DNA of 63,660 bases, filler included, from 4 parts of 4 records of this genome joined end to end with filler, not necessarily neighbours in it, one strand, 5' to 3'; positions 1 to 10,472 are shown, counted from the whole stretch's first letter. Translations and numbers: made by a program. The notes: generated by a model from the sequence alone, not told the origin.

Positions 1-1
1 T

Positions 2-700
2 ATTATTGACTTTTATCGCCTAAAGGTACGACTGGTACCGTCATTCAAAGAACTCGACATCATGCTGAGCCTGTTGGCCCGTAGTGCGGTGGGCGCAAAA
101 CTTACATCCTACATGACTCTCTTTACAGGCCCACGCGGACAGGACGACAAAGATGGCCCAGAAGAGCTGCACATCGTCATAGTCGACAACGGTCGGTCAA
201 AGGTACTTGGATCTGCCTTTAAAGATGTCTTAAAATGCATTCGATGTGGCACCTGCATGCTTGAGTGTCCGGCATATAGACATGTCTGTGGACACGGGTA
301 TGGAGCACTCTATCCAGGTCCTCTTGGTGCAGCACTGGTGCCGGTACTGGCTGGATACCAATCGTTCAAGGACCTGACTAAAATATGCTCTCTTTGCGGC
401 GCCTGTAATGAGGTATGTCCGGTCCAGATTCCCCTATATGAATACATCTTTGAACATCGCCGAATAATAGCAGAAGAAAAAAAACTTGAAGGGCAGTTGG
501 AGGGTGTTGCCAATGAACTGTATGGGAGCATCATCGGCAGTGCAAAACTCTACGATTTCACCACCCGGTTTGCATCGCTTGCCAACATTACCCCCAAAAT
601 AGGCCCACTCAAACAGTGGTGCAAAAATCGAGAACGACCCCATGTAGCCACCCAGCGATTTAGAGACTGGTACCAAAAAAACAGAGAGGGGGCAAAATGA
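2..700 (+). CDS. lutB: L-lactate utilisation Fe-S protein LutB/LldF, C-terminal part only (5' incomplete)
   Basis: Two ferredoxin motifs CIRCGTCMLECP and CSLCGACNEVCP plus the LutB motif GPEELHIVIVDNGRS; directly upstream of lutC. The frame is open from nt 2, but recognisable homology starts at about nt 29 (RLVPSF). Confidence 0.9.
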   Translation: MIDFYRLKVRLVPSFKELDIMLSLLARSAVGAKLTSYMTLFTGPRGQDDKDGPEELHIVIVDNGRSKVLGSAFKDVLKCIRCGTCMLECPAYRHVCGHGYGALYPGPLGAALVPVLAGYQSFKDLTKICSLCGACNEVCPVQIPLYEYIFEHRRIIAEEKKLEGQLEGVANELYGSIIGSAKLYDFTTRFASLANITPKIGPLKQWCKNRERPHVATQRFRDWYQKNREGAK

Positions 701-1389
701 TGCAAACAAATAAAGAAACCTTCCTCCACACTCTTTCAAAGGCGCTGGGCAGAGAAACAATCCCTGAAAGAGCAACCCCGCTCGAACTGCCAAACGATAT
801 CCAGCAAGAATATTATCGAGGTACCACATCTCAAGCACTGAAAGAGCTCTTTATTGAGCAGAGTAGGACCGCTGGCACCTTAGTCCATGAATGCGGCATG
901 GAAACGCTCAACGATACCATAATGACCGTTGCATCAGAACTTGGAGAAGGACCGATTCTGCTTGCCGACGACCCACTGCTGCAACAGCAGCGAACTGCTG
1001 CAGCAGTGGGCGAGAGATACACCAAAGTCCACACTTGGAACAGCAACAGAAGCCGAGAGAAAAATATTAACTGGGCCGAGTCGGCCGGCATTGGCATTGC
1101 CGTGGCACAGCTTGCACTGGCAGAAACCGGTACCGTCATGATGTACGGCCAAAAGGGGTGCGGCAGGGCTGTCACGCTCTTGCCGACAACGACAATTTTT
1201 ATCATTTTAAGCGACAGTATACTCCCCCGCCTGACCCAAAGTATGGCCTGGCTGGCAGATAAGGCACGGGGCAACCTGCCCTCCTCGGTAAACTATATAT
1301 CCGGAGCCAGTTCAACTGCTGACATTGAACTGGTGCGGGTCCAGGGAGTCCATGGACCAATACAAATTGCCTACATAGTCATCAGTTAA
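697..1389 (+). CDS. lutC: Lactate utilisation protein LutC/YkgG (LUD domain)
   Basis: LAETGT and ISGASSTADIELVRVQGVHGP motifs; ATGA overlap with lutB. Confidence 0.92.
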   Translation: MMQTNKETFLHTLSKALGRETIPERATPLELPNDIQQEYYRGTTSQALKELFIEQSRTAGTLVHECGMETLNDTIMTVASELGEGPILLADDPLLQQQRTAAAVGERYTKVHTWNSNRSREKNINWAESAGIGIAVAQLALAETGTVMMYGQKGCGRAVTLLPTTTIFIILSDSILPRLTQSMAWLADKARGNLPSSVNYISGASSTADIELVRVQGVHGPIQIAYIVIS

Positions 1390-1571
1390 TAACTGTTGAC
1401 TATGGCCTACAGCTCCAGAGGCAAGGTACGAATACTTGCTCTTGGCTGAAACCCACAGGGTGTAGTGCTTGACAGAAAAATGAATTACGATTTAACTGCA
1501 TGACATTCAAATACATTTAAGCGCATTAACAGCGCTCCACAGCTGCGATTTTTTTTGGAGGCAGAGGCATC

Positions 1572-2687
1572 ATGACCCCGAAAGACGTTAAGAGAAGTTT
1601 CCGTTACTCCCCCGTATCCATTCTTTTTTCCTGTTTTCTTATGAGCGTACTCCTGTTTTCTTCGGGCTGTCGTGATAAGGAAGAAAAAGAAGTGGTAGAA
1701 GTCGTAAAGCCTGTAAAATTTATTACCATCGAGGCAGGTCAGGAAACGCTTGCCATGTCACTTCCAGGCCGCGTACGAGCTGCACGTCGTTCTGAACTTT
1801 CCTTCAAAGTTTCCGGTGACCTGAGCAAACTGCCCATAGAAGAAGGCCAGGTTATTAAAAAGGGAGCAATCGTAGCCCAATTACTGCCCCGTGATTTCCA
1901 AACTGCAGTCAACGAAGCCAAGGCTCGTGAACTTGAGGCTGAACAGCAGTACCGCCGTTATAAAGAACTCTATGCCAAGAAACAGGTGTCCAAGGCTGAT
2001 TTTGACAGATATCGTGCAGCACGTGATGTTGCACGCGCCAGACTCGAAGACGCCCAAAATGCCCTCAAAGACACGACCCTAATCGCTCCTTTTGATGGTG
2101 TTATCGCTAAACGCTATGTGGAAAACTTTGAGAAAGTACAAGCAAAGGACCCCATTGCTTTTCTGCAGCTCATAGAACAGCTTGAAATCCTCATCGATGT
2201 TCCCGAACTGATGATGGCTCGCTTCCAGAGCAGTGACGGGGTGAAAACAATAGCCACCTTTGAGTCCATTCCAGGGATTAACTTTCCCATTACCGTCAAA
2301 GAATTTTCTACGGACGCAGACCCTGCTACTCAAACCTACCAGGTCGTGCTTGTCATGGACCAACCTGAAGAGGCTAATATTCTGCCAGGCATGACGGCAA
2401 AAGTAACTGCTGAAGGAAGCGAGACAGGGGGAGAAGTTACCACTATTCTTATCCCTGCCATATCCGTTCTCAATGACCCGGACGGTAGGAACTATGTGTG
2501 GCTACTCGACCAGGAAACAATGACTCCCCTTAAGACACTGGTCAGCATTAAACAACTGGAAGGAGCAGATAAAATATACATTACAGAAGGCTTAAAAGGT
2601 GGGGAACAGCTGATTATAGCCGGGATTACCCAACTTCGAGAAGGGATGAAAGTCAGGCCCTGGGAAGGACAGCGAGAAGGGAAATAA
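1572..2687 (+). CDS. RND efflux periplasmic adaptor (membrane fusion lipoprotein)
   Basis: Lipobox FSSGC, LSFKVSG and LIAPFDGVI barrel-sandwich motifs, helical hairpin; upstream of the RND permease. Confidence 0.92.
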   Translation: MTPKDVKRSFRYSPVSILFSCFLMSVLLFSSGCRDKEEKEVVEVVKPVKFITIEAGQETLAMSLPGRVRAARRSELSFKVSGDLSKLPIEEGQVIKKGAIVAQLLPRDFQTAVNEAKARELEAEQQYRRYKELYAKKQVSKADFDRYRAARDVARARLEDAQNALKDTTLIAPFDGVIAKRYVENFEKVQAKDPIAFLQLIEQLEILIDVPELMMARFQSSDGVKTIATFESIPGINFPITVKEFSTDADPATQTYQVVLVMDQPEEANILPGMTAKVTAEGSETGGEVTTILIPAISVLNDPDGRNYVWLLDQETMTPLKTLVSIKQLEGADKIYITEGLKGGEQLIIAGITQLREGMKVRPWEGQREGK

Positions 2688-2690
2688 TCT

Positions 2691-5600
2691 ATGAATATCG
2701 CAGAATTTTCCATCAAAAAATCGGTCATTACCTGGACCATGACAGTGGTCCTGCTTGTGCTAGGATTCTTTGCCTACCTGGATCTTCCCCGACTTGAGGA
2801 CCCTGAGTTTGCCATTAAGGATGCCGTAATTGTAACACCTTACCCTGGTGCCTCTCCAGAGGAGGTTGAACAGGAAGTCACAGAGAAGATTGAAAAAGCC
2901 ATGCAGGAAATGGGGCAGCTTAAACGTGTTGAATCCTATTCATCCCGCGGCATGTCTGTGGTCAAGGTTAAAATTCATGACAAGTACGATAAAGATGCCC
3001 TGCCAGCAGTGTGGGATGAAATGCGAAGGAAGGTTCTGGATGTTATGCCGGAACTGCCTCCTGGATCGGGTCCGCCGATCGTCAATGATGATTTTGGCGA
3101 TGTGTACGGTGTCTACTTTGCGTTGACCGGTGCTGGTTATACCTATGCCGAGCTGAAAGATGTTGCTGAACTGCTGAAAAGAGAGCTGCTCGTTGTTCAG
3201 GATGTAAAGAAAGTCAGCTTCTTCGGTGAACAGTCTGAAGCTATTTTCGTCGAGATGTCACGCAATAAAATGGCATCACTAGGCATTACCAAACAGGAAA
3301 TTTTTGACGCCCTTCAGGCAAAAAACCTTCCAGTAAACGCCGGCAGCATCAAAATCGGCCCTGAGTACATGGCAATCAACCCTACAGGCGACTTTCAATC
3401 AGAAAAAGATTTTGCTGATTTATTCATTGCCTCCAAGGACGGCAAACTCATTTATCTGCGTGATGTGGCTACTGTTGTTCGCGATTATGTGGATCCACCG
3501 CAGAATCTTTTGAGAATAAATGGTGCCCCTGCCATTGGTATTGCGCTCTCTACGATCAGTGGCGGGAATGCGGTGACCATGGGTGATGGCGTCCTCAAAA
3601 GAATTGATGAGCTTCAAGGAGAGATTCCCCTTGGAATGGAGCTCATTGAAATCGCAATGCAGTCCAAGGCGGTAACAAAAGCAGTCAACTCCTTTGTCAT
3701 CAACCTTGTTGAGGCCGTTGTTATTGTCGTGGTGGTGCTGCTTATTTTTATGGGATTACGATCCGGACTCATCATCGGCTTTATCCTCGTCCTTACTATC
3801 GCCGCAACCTTTATGGTCATGGGATACTTCCAGATTACACTGGAACGGATCTCTCTGGGTGCACTCATCATTGCCCTTGGCATGCTGGTTGACAATGCGA
3901 TTGTGGTGGTCGACGGAATGAAAGTCCGCATGGAGCAGGGCATGGACGGGCTTGATGCCGCCAAAGAAGTGGTCGGGCAAAACTCGATCCCGCTTTTAGG
4001 CGCCACCGTGGTTGCTGTGCTAGCCTTTGCCTCCATAGGCGGGATGGATAACTCAACCGGAGAGTACTGCCGGTCACTCTTTTATGTCATTCTCATTTCG
4101 CTTATGCTCTCCTGGCTGACCGCCGTTACTGTCACCCCAGTCATAACGAAAACCTTTGTCCTTGGCAAAAAAGCAAAACAAAAGGGAAGTAAAGCTACAA
4201 AGGACCCCTATGGCGGTAAATTCTATCAAATATACCGTGGTTTTCTTGCCCTGGCTATCCGCCTTCGTATGATCACCATCCTTATTGTCTGTGGTCTCTT
4301 TGGTCTGTCCATTTACGGTTTTGGTTTTCTGAGCAATCAATTTTTTCCCAACTCGACCACTCCCCAATTTATGGTCGAAGTCCAGTTTCGCGAAGGTACC
4401 CACATTCGGGAAACGGAGAAAGGCGTCGCCCAGATGGAAGAGTATTTGATGGAGCTGGAGGGCGTGACAGAGGTCGCTTCTGCTGTTGGTGCCGGACACC
4501 CGCGCTTTTTACTGGTGTACAGTGTCCCGGTTGATGCTTCTACCCATTACGCCTGCCTGCTGGTCTCCGTTGATGACCACGAGCTTATTGATTCCCTTCT
4601 GCCACAGATACAGGAAGATTTTGAAACAATGCTCCCTGATGTAGTGATCAACACCAAAAAGTTCCTCCTGGGACCAGGTGAGGGTGGAAAGATCCAACTG
4701 CGCATCAATGGGCCTGACCCGGATGAACTGCGCAGAATGGCAGCAACGGCCATGGAAGTCATTAACCAGGATCCCGGCTCCAAGGCTGTCAGGACAGAAT
4801 GGGGAGAAAAGGTAAAAGTGCCGCAGCCTGTGATTGCCGAAGACCGTGCCAGGTCTCTCGGTATTGACCGCCCCATGATTGCCACGGCCATTGAATCCAA
4901 TTACTCCGGTACCACCACCGGTATTTATCGTGAGGGAATTGATCTCATCCCTATCATAGCGCGGGCTCCCCACAATGAACGGAGCAGGATGGATGATTTG
5001 GAAGAATTGCAGATTCATAGTCCTTCTGCACAAAAAGACGTCCCAATATTGCAGGTGATCAACGGTATCGACACCACTTGGGAGAATGCACGGGTATCGC
5101 GCTGGCACCGTCGACCATTTATAAAGGTGCATGCCGACCCACGCCAGGGCCTCCCCTCAGAGTTGTTGGACCGCATAAAACCTAAAATAGAAGAAGCGCT
5201 TGGGGTGGATTTTGCACAAGCCGCCGGCCCAACCTATAAAGAAGGGGCAGCCATTACTGGTGCAACCATTCCTGTCTTGTATGATGATATAATCCCCATC
5301 AAAGGGAAACCAGGCTACTTCATTGCCTGGGGTGGGGAGGTCGAAGATTCGTCCGATGCTACTGCCCAGTTATCAGCCAGCATCCCTATTTATTTTGGGA
5401 TGATGATCCTGGCTGTCATCTTCCTTTTTAATGCGTTCAAACAACCTTTGATCATCTGGCTAACAGTACCGCTATCACTGATTGGAGTAACCGCAGGTCT
5501 TTTGATCTTTAACCAGCCATTTGGCTTTATGGCGCTCCTGGGCTTAATGAGCCTTTCCGGAATGCTCATTAAAAACGCCATTGTCCTTATTGACCAGATT

Positions 5601-5849
5601 GACCTGAACATAAAGACAGGTATGGACAGAATGGAGGCTATCATTGAGTCGGGAGTGTCCAGGATGCAACCGGTAATGATGGCTGCGTTAACAACCATGA
5701 TGGGCATGATTCCGCTGTTCCAGGATGCTTTTTTTGTGGCCATGGCCGTAACTATTGTCTTTGGTTTAGGATTTGCAACAGTGCTTACCCTGGTGTTTGT
5801 CCCGGTTCTGTATGCAACATTTTTCAAAATCCCTTCAAAACAACAATAA
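2691..5849 (+). CDS. RND efflux transporter permease (AcrB/AcrD/AcrF family)
   Basis: 1052 aa; LPRLEDPEF, YPGASPEEVE, GMLVDNAIVV, GMLIKNAIVL and SRMQPVMM motifs; hydrophobic pattern of two TM bundles. Confidence 0.95.
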   Translation: MNIAEFSIKKSVITWTMTVVLLVLGFFAYLDLPRLEDPEFAIKDAVIVTPYPGASPEEVEQEVTEKIEKAMQEMGQLKRVESYSSRGMSVVKVKIHDKYDKDALPAVWDEMRRKVLDVMPELPPGSGPPIVNDDFGDVYGVYFALTGAGYTYAELKDVAELLKRELLVVQDVKKVSFFGEQSEAIFVEMSRNKMASLGITKQEIFDALQAKNLPVNAGSIKIGPEYMAINPTGDFQSEKDFADLFIASKDGKLIYLRDVATVVRDYVDPPQNLLRINGAPAIGIALSTISGGNAVTMGDGVLKRIDELQGEIPLGMELIEIAMQSKAVTKAVNSFVINLVEAVVIVVVVLLIFMGLRSGLIIGFILVLTIAATFMVMGYFQITLERISLGALIIALGMLVDNAIVVVDGMKVRMEQGMDGLDAAKEVVGQNSIPLLGATVVAVLAFASIGGMDNSTGEYCRSLFYVILISLMLSWLTAVTVTPVITKTFVLGKKAKQKGSKATKDPYGGKFYQIYRGFLALAIRLRMITILIVCGLFGLSIYGFGFLSNQFFPNSTTPQFMVEVQFREGTHIRETEKGVAQMEEYLMELEGVTEVASAVGAGHPRFLLVYSVPVDASTHYACLLVSVDDHELIDSLLPQIQEDFETMLPDVVINTKKFLLGPGEGGKIQLRINGPDPDELRRMAATAMEVINQDPGSKAVRTEWGEKVKVPQPVIAEDRARSLGIDRPMIATAIESNYSGTTTGIYREGIDLIPIIARAPHNERSRMDDLEELQIHSPSAQKDVPILQVINGIDTTWENARVSRWHRRPFIKVHADPRQGLPSELLDRIKPKIEEALGVDFAQAAGPTYKEGAAITGATIPVLYDDIIPIKGKPGYFIAWGGEVEDSSDATAQLSASIPIYFGMMILAVIFLFNAFKQPLIIWLTVPLSLIGVTAGLLIFNQPFGFMALLGLMSLSGMLIKNAIVLIDQIDLNIKTGMDRMEAIIESGVSRMQPVMMAALTTMMGMIPLFQDAFFVAMAVTIVFGLGFATVLTLVFVPVLYATFFKIPSKQQ

Positions 5850-5864
5850 TCGAGGAGCATCCGA

Positions 5865-8249
5865 ATGAGACTTCGTCTTCTCATACTTTGCCTAACCATA
5901 CTCTTCTTATCCTCCTCACCTTTAGGTGCCGAGCAGAGTCAAGAACTCCCCTTTCAACTGGATACAGAAATCCCTCATTTTAAGATAGGATTTCTTACTG
6001 ATGGGCCTATTCCCAGTTTTCCGGACTTAATCAATACATATCGCAGGGAAATTGAACAGGTAGCAGGGGACGAATACACCATTTCTTTCCCTCCAGAAAT
6101 GACCTTGGAGGCTGCTGGCACCAAGGCAAGCGTTAACAAACAGCTTGATAGACTCCTTGGCAATCAGGAAACCAGCCTGATCATCGCCTTAGGGACTGTT
6201 GCTTCCAGCGAAGCACTCAAACGAAAATCTCCCCCAAAACCGATAATTGCCCCATTCGTGCTTGATACTGATTTACAGAATGCTCCAAGAGAGGATCTAG
6301 GCAGTGGAGTTCACAACCTGACTTATGTATTTATCGGAACATCAATCAACAAGCTCTTAGCTACATTTCGCGGGATAATCCCTTTCAAACACCTTGCAAT
6401 GCTCATTGACGAACGAGATATCAAAGGTGTTGATGGCATTACCAAAAAGGTGAGGCAGCTGACCAACGAACATACCATAACTATAGACCTCATCCCGGTA
6501 GCAGCCTCAGCTGGAATGGCAGTTCAGGCTATACCACCCGGGGTCGATGCGGTCATGGTGGGACCACTCTGGCAACTAGACAAAAAAGAATTTTCCACTC
6601 TCAGCAAGGGACTTATCCAGCGGCAACTTCCCAGTTTTTCCATGTGGGATTATAGATATGTTGAGCAGGGACTTTTTGTGACCTCCATGCCGGAAAACAT
6701 CCAAGAGCACCTTGCTCGTAGGGTTGCTGTGACTGTCCAAGAAATTCTCTTGGGAGAAGATCCTGCCACTTTGCCAGTAGTTTTCACTAAGACCCAAAAA
6801 ATGGCCTTTAATATGGAAACTGCCAGAGCTATTAATATCTATCCCAGCCTTGGCCAACTGACGGGTTCCAAACTCCTGCATGAACAGCGGCAGGATATCC
6901 AACGCCGCCTCTCTCTACCTGAGGCCGTTCAGGAAGCGCTGTCAGCCAACCTTGATCTTGCTGTTGCCGAACGTCAGGTAACGGCAGGCACCTATGCCGT
7001 AGGCGAAGCCAGGTCGCCCTTGCTGCCCCAGGTTGGAATCGGTGCTTCTGGCAGGGTCATAGATGATGACCGTGCATTAATCAGTGGCGGTACCACTCCG
7101 GAAAAGGCCTGGATAGCGAGTGCCAGTGCTTCACAACAGATCTATTCAGAAAAAAGCTGGTCAACCTACACGGTTGAAAAATATAGGCAAAGCGGCAGAG
7201 AATTCAATCGCGACACAGTTCGGCTTGATATAATACTGGATGCGGCCAACGCCTATCTCAACGTACTTCGTCAAAAAACCATTGAGCAGCTGCAAAAAGA
7301 AAATATGCAGTTGACCCAGGCTAACCTGGAGCGGGCTCAGATACGCCTGAGCACCGGCGTTGCAGGCCCGGATGAACTGTATCGGTGGCAGACCAAATTT
7401 GCCAATGATCGCCAAGTTGTGCTCCGTGCCGAATCAGCCACACTTGATGCCATGCAGCAGTTAAACCGTATTCTGCACCGACCACTACAGGAGGAGTTCA
7501 TAGCTGAAGAGACTGACTTGAGTGATCCTTTACTCATTACCGGTGACCAGCTTTTTTACCAACTCATGCACAATCCAAGATATTTAAAAGACTTTAATGC
7601 CTTTGCAATGGAGGAAGGCCTTAAATTGTCGCCTGAGCTGCAGGTAATTGATGCAGAGATCGCTGCCCAGAAACGTATCATCGTCCGCTCCAAGCGCGAA
7701 TACTGGCTTCCTGATTTCTCAGTTGAAGGGAATGTTGATCAAGTCCTCTCTGATTCCGGCGAGGGACAGCGTGATGAATCAATAACCGGTCTTGATGATA
7801 CAGACTGGTCAGTAGGTGTATTTGCACGGCTCCCCCTCTTTGAAGGGGGAAGAAAAAGTGCTACTCTCGGTAAAACCAGGGAACAACTTAACCAGCTCAA
7901 AACCGAACGGATGGCCACAGCAGAAAGAATTAACCAACGGATTCTTGCGGCCTCAAACAATACCAGGGCTTCCTACCCATCCATCAATCTTTCCAGGGAA
8001 GCTGCCGAAGCTGCACGCCGTAACCTGCAGTTAGTCACTGATTCCTATGTGCAGGGTATCAAATCAATCATTGACCTCCTAGATGCACAGAACCAGGCCC
8101 TCAACTCAGACCTTGACGCAGCCAATGCAGTGTATAACTTTTTAATAGATCTTATGGGGGTTCAGCGCTCCATCGGTCAGTTCATTATTTTCCTGCCACA
8201 GGAGGAGCAGCAAAAGTGGCTCGAGCGCGCAAAAGCTTCTCTTCAATAG
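5865..8249 (+). CDS. TolC-family outer-membrane efflux protein fused to an N-terminal ABC substrate-binding-like periplasmic domain
   Basis: Signal peptide. The C-terminal half has OEP motifs (LSLPEAVQEALSANLDL, LPLFEGG, YVQGIKSIIDLLDAQ). The N-terminal ~340 aa has periplasmic binding protein type I-like features (IIALG, ILLGEDPATLPV, FNMETARAI). Confidence 0.85.
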   Translation: MRLRLLILCLTILFLSSSPLGAEQSQELPFQLDTEIPHFKIGFLTDGPIPSFPDLINTYRREIEQVAGDEYTISFPPEMTLEAAGTKASVNKQLDRLLGNQETSLIIALGTVASSEALKRKSPPKPIIAPFVLDTDLQNAPREDLGSGVHNLTYVFIGTSINKLLATFRGIIPFKHLAMLIDERDIKGVDGITKKVRQLTNEHTITIDLIPVAASAGMAVQAIPPGVDAVMVGPLWQLDKKEFSTLSKGLIQRQLPSFSMWDYRYVEQGLFVTSMPENIQEHLARRVAVTVQEILLGEDPATLPVVFTKTQKMAFNMETARAINIYPSLGQLTGSKLLHEQRQDIQRRLSLPEAVQEALSANLDLAVAERQVTAGTYAVGEARSPLLPQVGIGASGRVIDDDRALISGGTTPEKAWIASASASQQIYSEKSWSTYTVEKYRQSGREFNRDTVRLDIILDAANAYLNVLRQKTIEQLQKENMQLTQANLERAQIRLSTGVAGPDELYRWQTKFANDRQVVLRAESATLDAMQQLNRILHRPLQEEFIAEETDLSDPLLITGDQLFYQLMHNPRYLKDFNAFAMEEGLKLSPELQVIDAEIAAQKRIIVRSKREYWLPDFSVEGNVDQVLSDSGEGQRDESITGLDDTDWSVGVFARLPLFEGGRKSATLGKTREQLNQLKTERMATAERINQRILAASNNTRASYPSINLSREAAEAARRNLQLVTDSYVQGIKSIIDLLDAQNQALNSDLDAANAVYNFLIDLMGVQRSIGQFIIFLPQEEQQKWLERAKASLQ

Positions 8250-8366
8250 CAACATTGGCTCATTACCGATGGAAATTACAGTTGCTTTATTTATCCACAC
8301 CGGATACACGCCTATGGATACCTACCGCATCTCCATCCCCACTCATTTCTACACCCATTCTAACTA

Positions 8367-9875
8367 ATGATAAAAAAGATACTTTCCCTTGCAGGCCGAT
8401 CCATAAAAAATCTGGCTCGCTCGGCAACGGGCAAAGGAAAAGCGCCCCCCAAGCCGCCTGAAAAAGAAACTACACCCCAGGCCCCACCGCAGGTGGGGCA
8501 GCAAAGGCATAAGGACACCAAACCGCAGCATAAAAAATTCAGGCAACCATCCAAAAAGAAAAAGCCAGCGGTTGCCTGGAAGATCGAAGAATTTGAGGTT
8601 GTACCACTTCCGGATAAAAGCAGATTTCACGACTATGAGCTGCCATTGGAAATCATGCATGCCATTGCAGACCTCAAATTCCAGTACTGCACCCCTATAC
8701 AGGAAAAGGCACTCCCCACTGTCCTTAAAGGACAGGACATGATCGGGAAAGCCCATACTGGGACGGGGAAAAGTGCAGTTTTTCTTATTACCATTCTCGC
8801 TCGACTCTTTAAGCAAAAACGATCTTATTCGCCGTCAGGCACCTACAAGCCAAGGGCGCTTGTTATTGCCCCTACGAGAGAATTGGTTATCCAAATTGCC
8901 AAGGATGGTAAAAAGCTGGCCACTTATACGCCACTGACCATTACAGCGGTCTATGGAGGTGTGGATTATCAAAAGCAAATCAATGAAGTCAGCCAGGGCA
9001 AAAGTGATATCATCGTTGCCACTCCGGGAAGGCTGCTGGATTTCACCAACAAGCGACTCCTCAAGCTGGACCAGTGCGAAATCATGGTTATCGACGAGGC
9101 AGACAGAATGCTGGACATGGGGTTTATTCCTGATGTCCGCCGCATAATAGGCAGGGTCAAGAAAAAAGAACAACGCCAGACCATGCTCTTTTCGGCGACC
9201 ATCACCGAGGAAGTAAAACGCCTGGCCTTCCAGTGGTGCCGAAATCCGGAAATGGTTGATGTAGAAACCGAACAATTGTCCATCGAAACAGTTGAGCAAC
9301 TGGTCTATCTGGTGACCACTGAAGAAAAATATACGGTTCTCTACAACCTTCTTCAAGAGAAAGCGAAAGAGCGCATCATGGTTTTCACCAACCAAAAACA
9401 TGAAGCCAAATCTCTGAGTGCTAAGCTGCAGGCTAATGGAATCGACTGTACCCTGCTTTCAGGCGACGTTCCTCAACAGAAAAGGACCCAGCGGTTGGAG
9501 AGATTTCGTGAAGGCAAGGTAAAGGTGCTGATTGCAACAGATGTTGCAGGAAGGGGAATTCATATTGATGGGATCAGTCACGTGGTCAATTTCACGCTCC
9601 CTTATGAACCGGAAAATTATGTACACCGTATAGGTAGAACCGGCAGAGCTGGTGCACAGGGGACTTCGATCAGTTTTGCCTGCGAGGAAGGCTCCTTTTA
9701 TCTGCCAGAGATTGAGGAGTACACAGGCAGAACTCTAGAATGTGTTGTTCCTGAAGAATCGCTGCTGGCAGCCGTTCCACCGCCGAAGAAAAAACCGAAC
9801 AAACATCGTAGAAGAAGACCACCTCGCCATCGGGCCAAGCAAACACATCATAAAAAAGAAGGCAGTTCAGCTTAA
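8367..9875 (+). CDS. rhlB: DEAD-box RNA helicase (RhlB-like)
   Basis: Q-motif TPIQ, AHTGTGKS, APTREL, TPGRLLDF, DEAD, SAT, HRIGRTGR; SFACE motif as in RhlB; basic N- and C-terminal tails. Confidence 0.85.
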   Translation: MIKKILSLAGRSIKNLARSATGKGKAPPKPPEKETTPQAPPQVGQQRHKDTKPQHKKFRQPSKKKKPAVAWKIEEFEVVPLPDKSRFHDYELPLEIMHAIADLKFQYCTPIQEKALPTVLKGQDMIGKAHTGTGKSAVFLITILARLFKQKRSYSPSGTYKPRALVIAPTRELVIQIAKDGKKLATYTPLTITAVYGGVDYQKQINEVSQGKSDIIVATPGRLLDFTNKRLLKLDQCEIMVIDEADRMLDMGFIPDVRRIIGRVKKKEQRQTMLFSATITEEVKRLAFQWCRNPEMVDVETEQLSIETVEQLVYLVTTEEKYTVLYNLLQEKAKERIMVFTNQKHEAKSLSAKLQANGIDCTLLSGDVPQQKRTQRLERFREGKVKVLIATDVAGRGIHIDGISHVVNFTLPYEPENYVHRIGRTGRAGAQGTSISFACEEGSFYLPEIEEYTGRTLECVVPEESLLAAVPPPKKKPNKHRRRRPPRHRAKQTHHKKEGSSA

Positions 9876-9946
9876 CCAGCTTTTCCGCTCCGAAAGGCAG
9901 TTTCTGATTACTCTCACTTTTCGTGTCTTCTGCTGACGCTACTCCA

Positions 9947-9980
9947 CAGCCACATTGCTAAATAAGTAGCAACGTGGCTG
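9947..9980. repeat. Inverted repeat downstream of the helicase gene (possible terminator or stabilising hairpin)
   Basis: CAGCCACATTGCTA-aataag-TAGCAACGTGGCTG, a 14-bp stem with one mismatch and no clear U-tract. Confidence 0.5.
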
Positions 9981-10124
9981 CTGTGAGACCTGGGAAAATG
10001 GACATATCTAGAAAAAGCCAATTTCCTACATCCTGCAATTGCCAATTTCGAAGTCCTCGCTACCTGCCGGAGACGCAGACATAATGAGCACTAGAAGCCT
10101 TCGGTAACAAAGCAGATTCGGTAA

Positions 10125-10224
10125 NNNNNNNNNNNNNNNNNNNNNNNNNNNNNNNNNNNNNNNNNNNNTTAATTAATTAANNNNNNNNNNNNNNNNNNNN
10201 NNNNNNNNNNNNNNNNNNNNNNNN
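10125..10224. other. Artificial contig linker (N44-TTAATTAATTAA-N44)
   Basis: Six-frame stop spacer flanked by Ns; gene content and apparent taxonomy change across it. Confidence 0.98.
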
Positions 10225-10268
10225 GCCTTACAAGCAGGGGGTCACTGGTTCGAATCCAGTAACTCCCA
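10225..10268 (+). tRNA. tRNA-Val(TAC), 3' half; 5' part cut by the contig edge
   Basis: Anticodon loop CTTACAA, variable loop GGGGTC, T-arm ACTGG-TTCGAAT-CCAGT, acceptor strand AACTCCC-A. Confidence 0.88.
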
Positions 10269-10269
10269 C

Positions 10270-10301
10270 AAAAGCCACTTCATTTTTGAAGTGGCTTTTT
10301 T
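10270..10301 (+). terminator. Intrinsic terminator after tRNA-Val
   Basis: AAAAGCCACTTCA-tttt-TGAAGTGGCTTTT followed by more T residues. Confidence 0.85.
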
Positions 10302-10472
10302 CGTTTTGGACTATCATTTTTACATTCTTTATTCCTATGTGAAATCAAGTGAAGTTATGAAACTACAATAACCTCATTCACAATTTCTCACACCCTTCTT
10401 ATCCACTCATTTACAATACCTTTCAGTAATGAAAATTTAATCGGCTTATTATTGCAGGATTTGGATTTGCAG

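Noticed and set aside
10169-10180. TTAATTAATTAA repeated three times in the window
   Set aside because: Artificial six-frame-stop linker inside N runs, not a biological repeat or att site.
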